Positions 27,424 to 35,970 are shown, counted from the first letter of the stretch. The stretch: 51,277 nt of DNA from an uncultured Bifidobacteriaceae bacterium (GCA_964391765.1 CAYMNG010000005.1:1-51277); one strand, 5' to 3'. Numbers and translations: made by a program. Notes: generated by a model not told the origin, from the sequence alone.

Positions 27424-28556
27424 GCGACGGGGTCGGGGGTCGCGACGGCGTCGCGCTGCGCCGCCAGGGCGGCCTCGTGCGCCAGCAGCGCCGGGCTGGG
27501 CCACAGCCGTTCGACCGTGTCGATGGCGATGATCTCCCACTCGACCCGGTCGACCTCGTCGTACATCCGACGCGCGCGCTCACGAACCCGCTCCGGAACG
27601 CCGTGCTGGATCCCCTGCGGCGCATGGGAGAACAACCCGGCCGGCATGTTCACGCCGAAGACGGTGCCACCGTGGTAGAACGCGACCTCGTCGAAGTCGC
27701 AGTTGCGGTGGTACCACGGGGTGCGTTCGGTGCCGGGCACGGCCTCGGCCCGGTGCGGCAGGAAGTTCAGCAGCCACACGTGGTCGTTCTGCAAGAACAC
27801 GTGGACGGTCGGCGGGAGGTGGACCGACTCGGAGAGCAGCACGTCGTAGTCGGCGATGTTGAGTCGGAACGGGAAGTTGTCCCCGCGCCAGCCGACGGCG
27901 TCGATCGGGTTGTGCCGGTAGAACAGCGAGGTGTGCTCGCCGTCCCAGTCGGTGTACCGGACCTCGTACTCCTCGCGGCCGTCGTCGTCGATCGGCGAGG
28001 GGTCGGGGACGAAGACCATCGTCGAGTCGAACGGGTAGTGCCTCCCGAGGACCGACGGCGGCGGGATCCGCAGCTCCGCGCGCGTCTCGACGAGGAGTTG
28101 GTGCGTGTCGTCGCCGGCGGGGATCACGCGGTACAACGACGCCTTCGGGATGTAGATCCAGTCCCCGGGCCGGTAGTCGATCGGCCCGAACTCGGTCTCG
28201 ATCGTCCCGGTGCCGCGGTGGGTGAACAGCACGACGTCGCCGTCGAGGAATCCGGTGTGGAACGGCATCGGCTGGACCCGCCGGCTCAGCGAGATGCGGA
28301 CGGTCGAATTGCTGTAGAGCAGCATCGGATCGCCGGCCGGGTCGACGTGGTCGTCGGGGACGAGGTCCAAGGTGTCGGAGTGTCGTTCGCGCAGCCGGCC
28401 CTCGCTCCGGAACGCCGTCGGGTCGTTCCGGCGGTACAACTGGGCCTGCCGGCCGAAGAACCCCTTGCGCCCGAGCTCGTCGTCCTTCAGGCCGTCCAGA
28501 TCTGCATGGATTCGTTGTGGCGTAACACCTTTGCGGTACTGCACGAATGACTCCAC
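27420..28556 (-). CDS. Homogentisate 1,2-dioxygenase-family (cupin) protein, short form
   Basis: 378 aa. PWYHRNCDFDEVAFYHGG and FSHAPQGIQHG resemble the His/Glu/His iron site region of HGD (YHRNCMSEF...HG.). GTG 28556 has a gggaagg SD. It is the first gene of the operon. Confidence 0.75.
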   Translation of the reverse strand: MESFVQYRKGVTPQRIHADLDGLKDDELGRKGFFGRQAQLYRRNDPTAFRSEGRLRERHSDTLDLVPDDHVDPAGDPMLLYSNSTVRISLSRRVQPMPFHTGFLDGDVVLFTHRGTGTIETEFGPIDYRPGDWIYIPKASLYRVIPAGDDTHQLLVETRAELRIPPPSVLGRHYPFDSTMVFVPDPSPIDDDGREEYEVRYTDWDGEHTSLFYRHNPIDAVGWRGDNFPFRLNIADYDVLLSESVHLPPTVHVFLQNDHVWLLNFLPHRAEAVPGTERTPWYHRNCDFDEVAFYHGGTVFGVNMPAGLFSHAPQGIQHGVPERVRERARRMYDEVDRVEWEIIAIDTVERLWPSPALLAHEAALAAQRDAVATPDPVA

Positions 28557-28597
28557 GGCGCACCTTCCCGGTGGGTTGTCGGATGTCGGGACCAGTC

Positions 28598-28648
28598 AGA
28601 ATCTGATTCTAGATTCAGGTTCGTGTTTCTCGCAACGAATTCGCGAGA
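28598..28648. promoter_or_regulatory. Divergent control region: palindromic operator(s) overlapping the predicted promoter of the minus-strand operon
   Basis: Palindrome AGAATC-T-GATTCT at 28598-28610. On the minus strand, -35 TTGCGA (28630-28635), an 18-nt spacer and -10 TAGAAT (28606-28611). A second inverted repeat TCTCGC-N9-GCGAGA (28628-28648) contains CGAATTCG. It is a locally AT-rich island between divergent genes. Confidence 0.45.
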
Positions 28649-28719
28649 TCCGATCGCGCCTGCAATAGGGTCGGTCGGACCGGAGTACGACTCCACCGTC
28701 GTAGTGAGACGAGGCATGG

Positions 28720-29370
28720 ATGCCCCCGAAGACCCCGCGTGGCGAACGAACCCGCGCCGCGCTGCTCGACGCCGCTCGACAGGAGTTCGCGGAGAAGGGC
28801 TACTTCAACGCGAAGATCGCCGACATCGCCGAGCGGGCCGGCAAGTCCTCGGGGTCGTTCTACAACTACTACGAGAACAAGGAACTGCTGCTCGTCGACC
28901 TGGTCAACGAGTTCCCGCAGGACGTGCTGCGACACGCGTTCACCGACGAGCGGGGCACGGACATCGCGTCGCGGATCGAGTCGGCCGTGGCGGCGTACTA
29001 CACCGCTTATCGGACGTACCTGCCCGAGATGGTCGGGGTGTTCCACCTGTCGATGACCCAACCGGAGTTCCACGAGCGATGGCTGTCGCTGCGTGCCGCG
29101 GGCGTCAGTGCGCTGGTTCCCCACATCGACCGACTGCGCAAGCGCAGCGGCATTCCGAAGCCGGTCCGGTCCGACATCCTCGCCTCGGCCGTCGTCTCGA
29201 TGCTCGAGGGGTTCTGCTGGGCGTGGATGGCGGCCGGTGGCGAGGACGGGGTGGCTCCGCCCACCGACGAGGAGGCGATCGCCACGTTGACGTACGTGTG
29301 GTCCCGGGCCGTGCTCGCCGACGGGCCGAAGCCGGCGCCCCGTTCCCGGACCCGATCCGGCAGGGCCTAG
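28720..29370 (+). CDS. TetR/AcrR family transcriptional regulator
   Basis: N-terminal HTH RTRAALLDAARQEFAEKGYFNAKIADIAERAGKSSGSFYNYY. It is divergent from the 13-gene operon. Confidence 0.9.
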   Translation: MPPKTPRGERTRAALLDAARQEFAEKGYFNAKIADIAERAGKSSGSFYNYYENKELLLVDLVNEFPQDVLRHAFTDERGTDIASRIESAVAAYYTAYRTYLPEMVGVFHLSMTQPEFHERWLSLRAAGVSALVPHIDRLRKRSGIPKPVRSDILASAVVSMLEGFCWAWMAAGGEDGVAPPTDEEAIATLTYVWSRAVLADGPKPAPRSRTRSGRA

Positions 29371-29437
29371 GCCGCGGCGGGCACGAGCGCACCAACGCGC
29401 ACGGGCGGAATCGCGCCGAAGAACCGAAACTGAGCCC

Positions 29438-29457
29438 AGGTTCATGTTAGGTTCGTG
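29438..29457 (+). promoter_or_regulatory. Direct repeat AGGTTC-N5-AGGTTCGTG upstream of the crotonase gene (possible second operator)
   Basis: aggttc at 29438-29443 and aggttcgtg at 29449-29457. The same 9-mer aggttcgtg occurs at 28617-28625 next to the palindromic operator. Confidence 0.3.
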
Positions 29458-29505
29458 CCGCGCGACCCCCGGGTAGGCGCTCCCGTACGCCGGAAGGGTT
29501 GTCGC

Positions 29506-30270
29506 ATGGCAGACGAGATCGTGACGAGCCGCGACGAGGGCACGCTCGTCATCACCATCAATCGACCCGCTTCGCGAAATGCGCTGAACGAGGCCGCCGG
29601 TCGGGGTATCGCCGCGGCGGTCGACGTCCTGGACAGCGACGACAGCCTGCGGGCCGGTGTGCTGTGGGGCGGTGGCGGGACGTTCTGCGCCGGGATGGAC
29701 CTCAAGGCGTTCTTGCGCGGTGAGACGCCCGAGGTCCCCGGCCGGGGACTGGCGGGGATCACCCAGGCGCGGCCGGCCAAGCCGCTCATCGCGGCGGTCG
29801 AGGGCTTCGCCCTCGCCGGGGGGCTGGAACTGGCGCTGGCCTGCGACCTGATCGTCGCGGGCCGGTCCGCGGTGTTCGGACTGCCGGAGGTGCAGCGGGC
29901 GCTGGTCGCTGCCGCGGGCGGGGTGTTGTCGCTGCCGCAGCGCATCCCGATGGCGATCGCGATGCAGATGATCTTGACGGGTGACCCGATCGACGCGACG
30001 CGCGCCTACGAGGTCGGGTTGGTGAACGCCGTCGTCGACGACGATCAGGTCCTGCCGACGGCCCTCGCGCTGGCACGGCGGATCGCGACGAACGGGCCGC
30101 TCGCGGTGGTGACCAGCAAGCGCCTGGCCTACGCCGGTCGCGAGTGGAGCGACGTGGAGCGATGGGCCCGGCAGCAGCCGGACGCCGAGAGGATCTTCGC
30201 GTCCGCGGACGCCCGCGAGGGGGCGCGGGCCTTCGCGGAGAAGCGCGCACCGAAGTGGACCGGGACGTAG
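29506..30270 (+). CDS. Enoyl-CoA hydratase/isomerase family protein
   Basis: LVITINRPASRNAL...FCAGMDLK...AAVEGFALAGGLELALACD crotonase motifs. ATG 29506 has a ggaaggg SD. ORF-track start 29455 is probably too early. Confidence 0.85.
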   Translation: MADEIVTSRDEGTLVITINRPASRNALNEAAGRGIAAAVDVLDSDDSLRAGVLWGGGGTFCAGMDLKAFLRGETPEVPGRGLAGITQARPAKPLIAAVEGFALAGGLELALACDLIVAGRSAVFGLPEVQRALVAAAGGVLSLPQRIPMAIAMQMILTGDPIDATRAYEVGLVNAVVDDDQVLPTALALARRIATNGPLAVVTSKRLAYAGREWSDVERWARQQPDAERIFASADAREGARAFAEKRAPKWTGT

Positions 30271-30284
30271 CCGGAGGGAAGACG

Positions 30285-30578
30285 ATGATCACGATGGTGG
30301 TTCGGATCCGCACCAAGCCGGCCGAGCACGACCGGTTCGTCGCGGCAGCGCGCGTTCTGCGCGCAGCGTCGGTCGCCGAGGAGGGGAACGTCGAGTATTC
30401 CCTGTGGGAGCCCAGCGGAGGAGGCGACGAGGTCCTCGTCGTCGAGCGCTGGCAGGACCAGGCCGCGATGGACGCGCATCACGACAGCGCGCACCTGGCG
30501 GCGTTCCGCGCAGCCGTCAAGGGTGCGCTCGCCGAGCCGCCCACGTCGTTCCGGGCGGACGAGGCAGGAGCGCCCTGA
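30285..30578 (+). CDS. Antibiotic-biosynthesis-monooxygenase (ABM) domain protein
   Basis: 97 aa. The pattern MITMVVRIRTKP......EEGNVEY.LWE......VVERWQDQAAMDAHH.S.HL is typical of the ABM ferredoxin-like fold. A ggaggg SD precedes the start. Confidence 0.7.
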   Translation: MITMVVRIRTKPAEHDRFVAAARVLRAASVAEEGNVEYSLWEPSGGGDEVLVVERWQDQAAMDAHHDSAHLAAFRAAVKGALAEPPTSFRADEAGAP

Positions 30579-30637
30579 GGCCTCCTGCCGCCAACCGATC
30601 CCGACAACGACCCGCGCGCCATCGTGATCCGTCCCGA

Positions 30638-31567
30638 TCAGGGTCGCGGCCACCCCAGTGGGCGCGACCTGCCGCCGGCCCGGTACAGGGAGCTGGGCAG
30701 CGCGTGGCCGACGGCCGCCTCGGTGACCTGTGCCGCCGCCAGCGTGGCGTCCAGGTCGATTCCCGTGTGAACGTCGCACCCGTCGAGCAGGTAGACCAAC
30801 TCCTCCGTGGCGATGTTGCCGCTGGCTCCGGGCGCGAACGGGCACCCGCCCAGGCCACCGACGGAGGAGTCGAGCGAGGTGACGCCCATCGCGAGCGCCG
30901 CCAACGCGTTCGCGATACCCGTTCCCCGGGTGTCGTGGAAATGAGCGCCGACATCGGTGCCGTCGGCGACGCCGCGTACCGCCACGACCACGTCGGCGAC
31001 CCGTCGCGGGGTGACGGTGCCGATCGTGTCGCCCAGGCACAGCGCGTCGGCGCCCCGGCGGACGGACTCCCGGGCGACCTCGACCGTCGAACCGACCGGG
31101 ACCGGGCCGGTGAACGGGCAGTCCCACGCCGTGCCGATGATCACCTCCAACGTGCCACCCGCGGCGTGCACGATGTCGGCGATCTCGTCCACGAGCCGGA
31201 CGGACTCGACGGTGCCGCGGCCGACGTTGGCGTGGCTGTGCGCATCGGCCGCGGAGATGACGTACTCGAGGTGGGTCATGCCGGCCGCGACGGCTCGCCG
31301 CGCTCCGTTGACGCTCGCGACGAGTGCCGACCACCGAATGGCGGGCCAGTCGACGGTGGCGGCCGCGACGGACTCGGCGTCGGCGAGTGCGGGAACCGCT
31401 CGGGGTGAGACGAAACTCGTCGCCTCGATCCGGCCGACGCCGGTGGCGGCGAGAGCCGCGAGCATCGCCAGTTTCCGCTCGGTCGGGATCGGCGGCTCGA
31501 TCTGCAGGCCGTCGCGCAGGCCGACCTCACGGATGACGGCCGCCGACGGCAGGTTCAAGAAGTTCAC
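30638..31567 (-). CDS. Hydroxymethylglutaryl-CoA lyase
   Basis: VIREVGLRDGLQ (RDGLQ motif), EATSFVSP, HFHDTRG and GG.GGCPFAPGASGN motifs. Confidence 0.85.
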   Translation of the reverse strand: MNFLNLPSAAVIREVGLRDGLQIEPPIPTERKLAMLAALAATGVGRIEATSFVSPRAVPALADAESVAAATVDWPAIRWSALVASVNGARRAVAAGMTHLEYVISAADAHSHANVGRGTVESVRLVDEIADIVHAAGGTLEVIIGTAWDCPFTGPVPVGSTVEVARESVRRGADALCLGDTIGTVTPRRVADVVVAVRGVADGTDVGAHFHDTRGTGIANALAALAMGVTSLDSSVGGLGGCPFAPGASGNIATEELVYLLDGCDVHTGIDLDATLAAAQVTEAAVGHALPSSLYRAGGRSRPLGWPRP

Positions 31568-31681
31568 GCGAGCAGGGTACGGGTTCCCGGTGGCTTCGCG
31601 ACGGACTGACCAGAAAGTGAATCCAACTTCAAGATAATGCGCGATACTCGCCCCGACTACGAGGCGAAGGAGTGGTGCACC

Positions 31682-32797
31682 ATGGCGATCCGGGTGATCC
31701 AGTGGGCGACGGGGTCGATCGGCCGGGTCACCTTGCGGCAGGTCCTCGACTCACCGGACCTGGAGCTGGTGGGCCTGAAGGTGCACGGCGCGGACAAGGT
31801 CGGCCGCGACGCCGGCGACATCGTCCGACGCGGCCCGACCGGGGTCCTCGCCACCGATCGGATCGGCGACATCCTCGCCCTCGACGCCGACGTGGTGCTG
31901 CACGTCCCGCTCAACGGTGAGTCCGCGCGCCAGCACGCCGACGACATCGACGCGTTGCTCAGGTCGGGCAAGAACGTGATCACCACCGTCGGCTTCACCT
32001 ATCCGTGGGCCACCGACCCGGAACTGGCCAGCAGGCTGGACGCGGCGGCACGGGCCGGCGGGGTCACGCTGTTCGGCACCGGGATGAATCCGGGCTTCCT
32101 CGCCGAGCGCCTCGCCGTCGCGATCACGACGCTGTGCACGGACGTGGCGGCGGTCAGCGTGCAGGAGTCGTACGACTGCACCCCGGTGGCCTCGCCGGGG
32201 TTCATCTTCGACCTGTGCGGGTTCGGCCGGTCGCCGGAGGCGTTCTGGCACGGTGCGGCCGGGCGCATGCGGTTCTTCTCGAACCTGTTCGGGGAGACCA
32301 TGGGATACCTCGTCGACACCCTGCGACTACCGGTGGACCGGATCGAGCCGGACCACGACGTGATGATCGCCGCGAGCGATGTCGAGCTCCCCGTCGGGGT
32401 CGTGCCGGCGGGGACGGTCGCCGGGGTCCGCTGGCAGTTCCACGCGCGCAACGGTGACCGGACCGTCATCACCGTGCGGTCGATCTGGCGATGCGGGCCG
32501 CCAGCAGCCGGATGGGAGGGGGACGACGGCTGGCAGGTGCGCATCGACGGCGCGCCGCGGATCGAACTCGACCTGAAGTGGCTGGATCCGATCGGCCGAC
32601 CGGAGCGATCCAAGGCCGTGCAGTACGCGACGGCGGGGCCGGTCGTTCGCGCGATCGCGGACGTCGTCGCGGCGCCACCGGGGATCCTCGTCCCGCCGAC
32701 GTTCGCCGCCTACCGCGGCCCGGGCGGTGGGTCCGACGTCGCGGGGTTGATCGCCGCCGGCCTGCTCACGCACGTCGCCCACGCGGCCGAGCGCTGA
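31682..32797 (+). CDS. DapB-like NAD(P)-binding oxidoreductase (2,4-diaminopentanoate dehydrogenase / native amine dehydrogenase-like family)
   Basis: N-terminus IRVIQWATGSIGRVTLRQVLDSPDLELVGLKVHGADKVGRDAGD. An aaggag SD lies 8 nt before ATG 31682. ORF-track start 31637 is too early. Confidence 0.6.
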   Translation: MAIRVIQWATGSIGRVTLRQVLDSPDLELVGLKVHGADKVGRDAGDIVRRGPTGVLATDRIGDILALDADVVLHVPLNGESARQHADDIDALLRSGKNVITTVGFTYPWATDPELASRLDAAARAGGVTLFGTGMNPGFLAERLAVAITTLCTDVAAVSVQESYDCTPVASPGFIFDLCGFGRSPEAFWHGAAGRMRFFSNLFGETMGYLVDTLRLPVDRIEPDHDVMIAASDVELPVGVVPAGTVAGVRWQFHARNGDRTVITVRSIWRCGPPAAGWEGDDGWQVRIDGAPRIELDLKWLDPIGRPERSKAVQYATAGPVVRAIADVVAAPPGILVPPTFAAYRGPGGGSDVAGLIAAGLLTHVAHAAER

Positions 32798-33931
32798 TCA
32801 CCGCCGTTGGGTCGGGCGATCCGGGCCGAGCCACTCGAGCAGCACCTCGTCGGTATGGGCACCCGCCGTCGGCGGTGCGCCGGGGGGCGGGCTGGGGGTC
32901 CGGGAGAACCGGGGGGCCGGGGCCGGCTGATCGACATCCGCGATCCGCGTGAACGTCCGGCGGGCGAGGAGGTGTGGATCCTCGAGCGCCTCACCGAACG
33001 TGCGCACCGGCGCGACGCACGCGTCGGTGTCGGCGAACACCGCCGCCCAGTGGTCGCGGCCGGCCGTGGCGAAGCGCTCGGCGAGGATCCGCCGCAGGTC
33101 GGGCCAGGCGGCCCGGTCGGCGCGCGGCGGCACCGTCGCGGGGTCCAGCCCGAGTCCGTCGAGCAGTGCGGCGTAGAACGGCTCCTCGAGCGCACCGACG
33201 GCCACGTAGCGGCCGTCAGCGCATGCGTACGTGTCGTAGAAGGGCGCGCCGCCGTCGAGGAGGTTCGCCCCTCGCTCGTCGGTCCACGCGCCGACGCCGC
33301 GCAGCGCCCACATCGCCTGGGCGAGGACGCTCGCCCCGTCGACCATCGCGGCGTCGATGACCTGGCCCAGACCCGACTTCTCGCGTTCCCACAGGGCCGC
33401 GAGAACGCCGAGGACGAGGAACATCGAGCCGCCGCCGTAGTCGCCGACGAGGTTGAGCGGGGGCACGGGCCGATCGCCGGACCTGCCGACCGCGTTGAGC
33501 ACACCGGTCGTCGCGAGGTAGGTGATGTCGTGGCCGGCGCGGTGGGCGGACGGTCCGTCCTGCCCCCAGCCGGTCACGCGGCCGTAGACCAGTCGCGGAT
33601 TGATCCGCAGGCAGTCGTCCGGGCCCAGCCCCAGGCGCTCGGCGACACCGGGTCGGTACCCCTCGAGGAGGACGTCGGCGACGGCGACCAGTCGACGCGC
33701 CCGGTCCTGCCCGTCGGCGGTCTTCAGGTCGGCGTTGATCGAACGTCGCCCGCGCAGGGTGAGGTCCGGCGCCCCGGCGACGAGGTCGAGCCCGGGCCGG
33801 GGACGCTCGATCCGGACGACGTCGGCGCCGAGGTCGGCGAGCAGCATCGCCGCGTGCGGACCTGGCCCGATCGAGGCCAGCTCGAGGACGCGCAACCCGG
33901 CCAGCGGGCCGCGACCGACGGCGGCGGACAT
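32798..33931 (-). CDS. Family III CoA-transferase, alpha-methylacyl-CoA racemase-like
   Basis: [36 protein letters not shown]-terminus, colinear with Mcr/CaiB family. Its stop abuts the convergent gene with zero spacer (32797/32798). Confidence 0.8.
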   Translation of the reverse strand: MSAAVGRGPLAGLRVLELASIGPGPHAAMLLADLGADVVRIERPRPGLDLVAGAPDLTLRGRRSINADLKTADGQDRARRLVAVADVLLEGYRPGVAERLGLGPDDCLRINPRLVYGRVTGWGQDGPSAHRAGHDITYLATTGVLNAVGRSGDRPVPPLNLVGDYGGGSMFLVLGVLAALWEREKSGLGQVIDAAMVDGASVLAQAMWALRGVGAWTDERGANLLDGGAPFYDTYACADGRYVAVGALEEPFYAALLDGLGLDPATVPPRADRAAWPDLRRILAERFATAGRDHWAAVFADTDACVAPVRTFGEALEDPHLLARRTFTRIADVDQPAPAPRFSRTPSPPPGAPPTAGAHTDEVLLEWLGPDRPTQRR

Positions 33932-33940
33932 CGGTGGCCG

Positions 33941-34870
33941 CTAGGCGGTCCGCACGGCGGCGTACTCCCGCGCCACCTGCGCGCCCAGGCGAGCGTTGTT
34001 GTTCACCAGCGCGATGTTCGCGGTCAGGCTGGCACCGTGGGTGATCTCCACGATGCGTCCCAACAAGAACGGCGTCGCGTCCTTGCCGTGGATGCCCTGC
34101 GCGTCCATGTCGGCCAGCGCCTGCTCGATGATCACGCCGATCTCGTCGGCCGGGATCTCGTCCTCGACCGGGATCGGGTTGACGATCGCGACCCCGCCGG
34201 CCAGGCCCAGGCGCCACTTGGCCGCCATCAGCGCCGCGATGTCGGCCGGGGTGTCGAGGCGTTGCGGCGCCGCGCACCCGCTCTCCCGGGAGAAGAACGC
34301 CGGGAACTCGTCGGTCCCGTACGCGACGACCGGTACGCCGAGGGTCTCCAAGGTCTCCAGGGTCAGCGCGATGTCGAGGATCGACTTCACCCCGGCGGAC
34401 ACCACGGCGACGTTCGTCGTCGACAGTTCGGTGAGGTCGGCGCTGACGTCGAAGGTCCGCTCGGCGCCGCGGTGCACCCCACCCAGTCCGCCGGTCACGA
34501 AGACCGAGACGCCGGCCAACGCCGCCAACCGCATCGTCGCGGCGACCGTCGTCGCGCCGTGCCGGCCGCGGGCCATGACGTACGGCAGGTCGCGGACGCT
34601 GACCTTCGCCACGTCCGGGTTCGTCGCGAGCAGTTCGAGGTCCGCGTCGGTCAGGCCGATGCGCGGCCGGCCGTCGAGGACCGCGATGGTGGCCGGGATC
34701 GCCCCGCCGTCCCGGATGATCCGTTCGACCTCGGTCGCCATCTCGACGTTCTGCGGATACGGCATGCCGTGGCTGATGATCGTGCTCTCGAGCGCGACGA
34801 CGGGCGTGCCGTCGAGCAGGGCTCGACGCACCTCGTCGGTCAACACGAGGTCCGGATGCGGTGCGGTCAT
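33941..34870 (-). CDS. psuG: Pseudouridine-5'-phosphate glycosidase
   Basis: VVALESTIISHGMPYPQN, ATIAVLDG...IGL and FVTGGLGGVHRG blocks are typical of PsuG/IndA. Confidence 0.9.
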   Translation of the reverse strand: MTAPHPDLVLTDEVRRALLDGTPVVALESTIISHGMPYPQNVEMATEVERIIRDGGAIPATIAVLDGRPRIGLTDADLELLATNPDVAKVSVRDLPYVMARGRHGATTVAATMRLAALAGVSVFVTGGLGGVHRGAERTFDVSADLTELSTTNVAVVSAGVKSILDIALTLETLETLGVPVVAYGTDEFPAFFSRESGCAAPQRLDTPADIAALMAAKWRLGLAGGVAIVNPIPVEDEIPADEIGVIIEQALADMDAQGIHGKDATPFLLGRIVEITHGASLTANIALVNNNARLGAQVAREYAAVRTA

Positions 34871-35964
34871 GGCAGTTCCTTCTGGTCGAGGGTGGACTGG
34901 AGCAGGCGAACGGTGAGGTCGGGACGGACGGTGTGCGGGCTGGCGATCGTCACCGCGGCCGCGGCGTGCCCGAGCCGGGCGGCCTCCAGCGGCGTGCCGT
35001 CGTCGAGGAGCACATGGCAGAACGCCGCGACCATCGAGTCGCCGGCGCCGGTCACGTCGGTGACGGTCGTCGGCAGCGCGGGGATCGCGGTGGCGCCGTC
35101 GGGGGTGCTGAGCAGCGAGCCCTGCTCGCCGAGGGAGACCCAGACGATCCGCACGCCCCGGGCGTGCAGTGCCTCGGCGGCGACCCGGACCTGGCGGGTC
35201 GTCCGCGTGGGCAGGTCGGTGAGCGCGGCCAGTTCGTCCCGGCCCGGTGTCACGGCGAAGACGCGGGAGTCGAGGGCGTCCTTGATCGCCGCGGCCTTCG
35301 GGACGCTGACCGGCTCGACGATCGCGCGGGTGTCGGCCGCGAGGTCCAGGGCGTAGTCGAGGGTGTCCCGGCGCAGGTTCCCGTCGAGGACCACGAGCCC
35401 GGCGGTCGCGATCACGTCGCGGGCGGACTGGAGGCGCTCGGGGTCGAGCTCGACGATCGCCGCCATGTCGGCGATCGCGACGAGCAGCTCGCCGTCGACG
35501 TCGAGGACGGCGGTGTAGGTGCCGGTCGCGCCGTCGATCCGCGCGACGTGCTCGACCCGGACTCCGGCGGCTGCGGTGTGCTCGATCAGATTGTCGCCCA
35601 ACGGATCGCGTCCGACGACGCTGATCAGGTGGACGTGGTCACCGAGGCGGGCCAGGCTCTCGGCGATGTTGCGCGCGACCCCGCCGGGGGCCATCGTCGT
35701 CTGCCCCGGGTTGCTCGTGCTCGCGGTGGCGCGGGCGGTGCTGCGGGCCTTCATGTCGACGTTGGCCCCGCCGACGACGACGGCCCCGGGCCGGTCCGCG
35801 AGCACGTATCCGCGCCCGCGGATGACGCCCTTCTTGCCCAGGTTCGACAGGTGGACGTTCACCGAGGCGCGCGTCGTGCCCAGCGCCTTCGCCAGCGCGG
35901 CGGAGCCCATGAGCGGGTCGCGGCGCAGCAGGTCGACGATCTGGCGCTCGCGGTCGGTCAGCAC
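34867..35964 (-). CDS. psuK: Pseudouridine kinase (PfkB family) with N-terminal winged-HTH domain
   Basis: HTH region LTDRERQIVDLLRRDPLMGSAALAKALGTTRASVNVHLSNLGKKGVI, followed by VVVGGANVDMKA and DVTGAGDSMVAAF (PfkB motifs). It overlaps psuG by 4 nt. GTG 35964 is preferred because of the promoter geometry. TTG 36000 and 36072 are alternatives. Confidence 0.75.
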   Translation of the reverse strand: MLTDRERQIVDLLRRDPLMGSAALAKALGTTRASVNVHLSNLGKKGVIRGRGYVLADRPGAVVVGGANVDMKARSTARATASTSNPGQTTMAPGGVARNIAESLARLGDHVHLISVVGRDPLGDNLIEHTAAAGVRVEHVARIDGATGTYTAVLDVDGELLVAIADMAAIVELDPERLQSARDVIATAGLVVLDGNLRRDTLDYALDLAADTRAIVEPVSVPKAAAIKDALDSRVFAVTPGRDELAALTDLPTRTTRQVRVAAEALHARGVRIVWVSLGEQGSLLSTPDGATAIPALPTTVTDVTGAGDSMVAAFCHVLLDDGTPLEAARLGHAAAAVTIASPHTVRPDLTVRLLQSTLDQKELP

Positions 35965-35970
35965 CTGATC

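Noticed and set aside
30579-30637. Terminator hairpins in the convergent gaps 30579-30637 and 42016-42030 and after the USP gene (51066-51100).
   Set aside because: Only short 4-5-bp GC stems could be drawn by eye. None is comparable to the 10-bp hairpin at 5977-6013, so no terminators are called.
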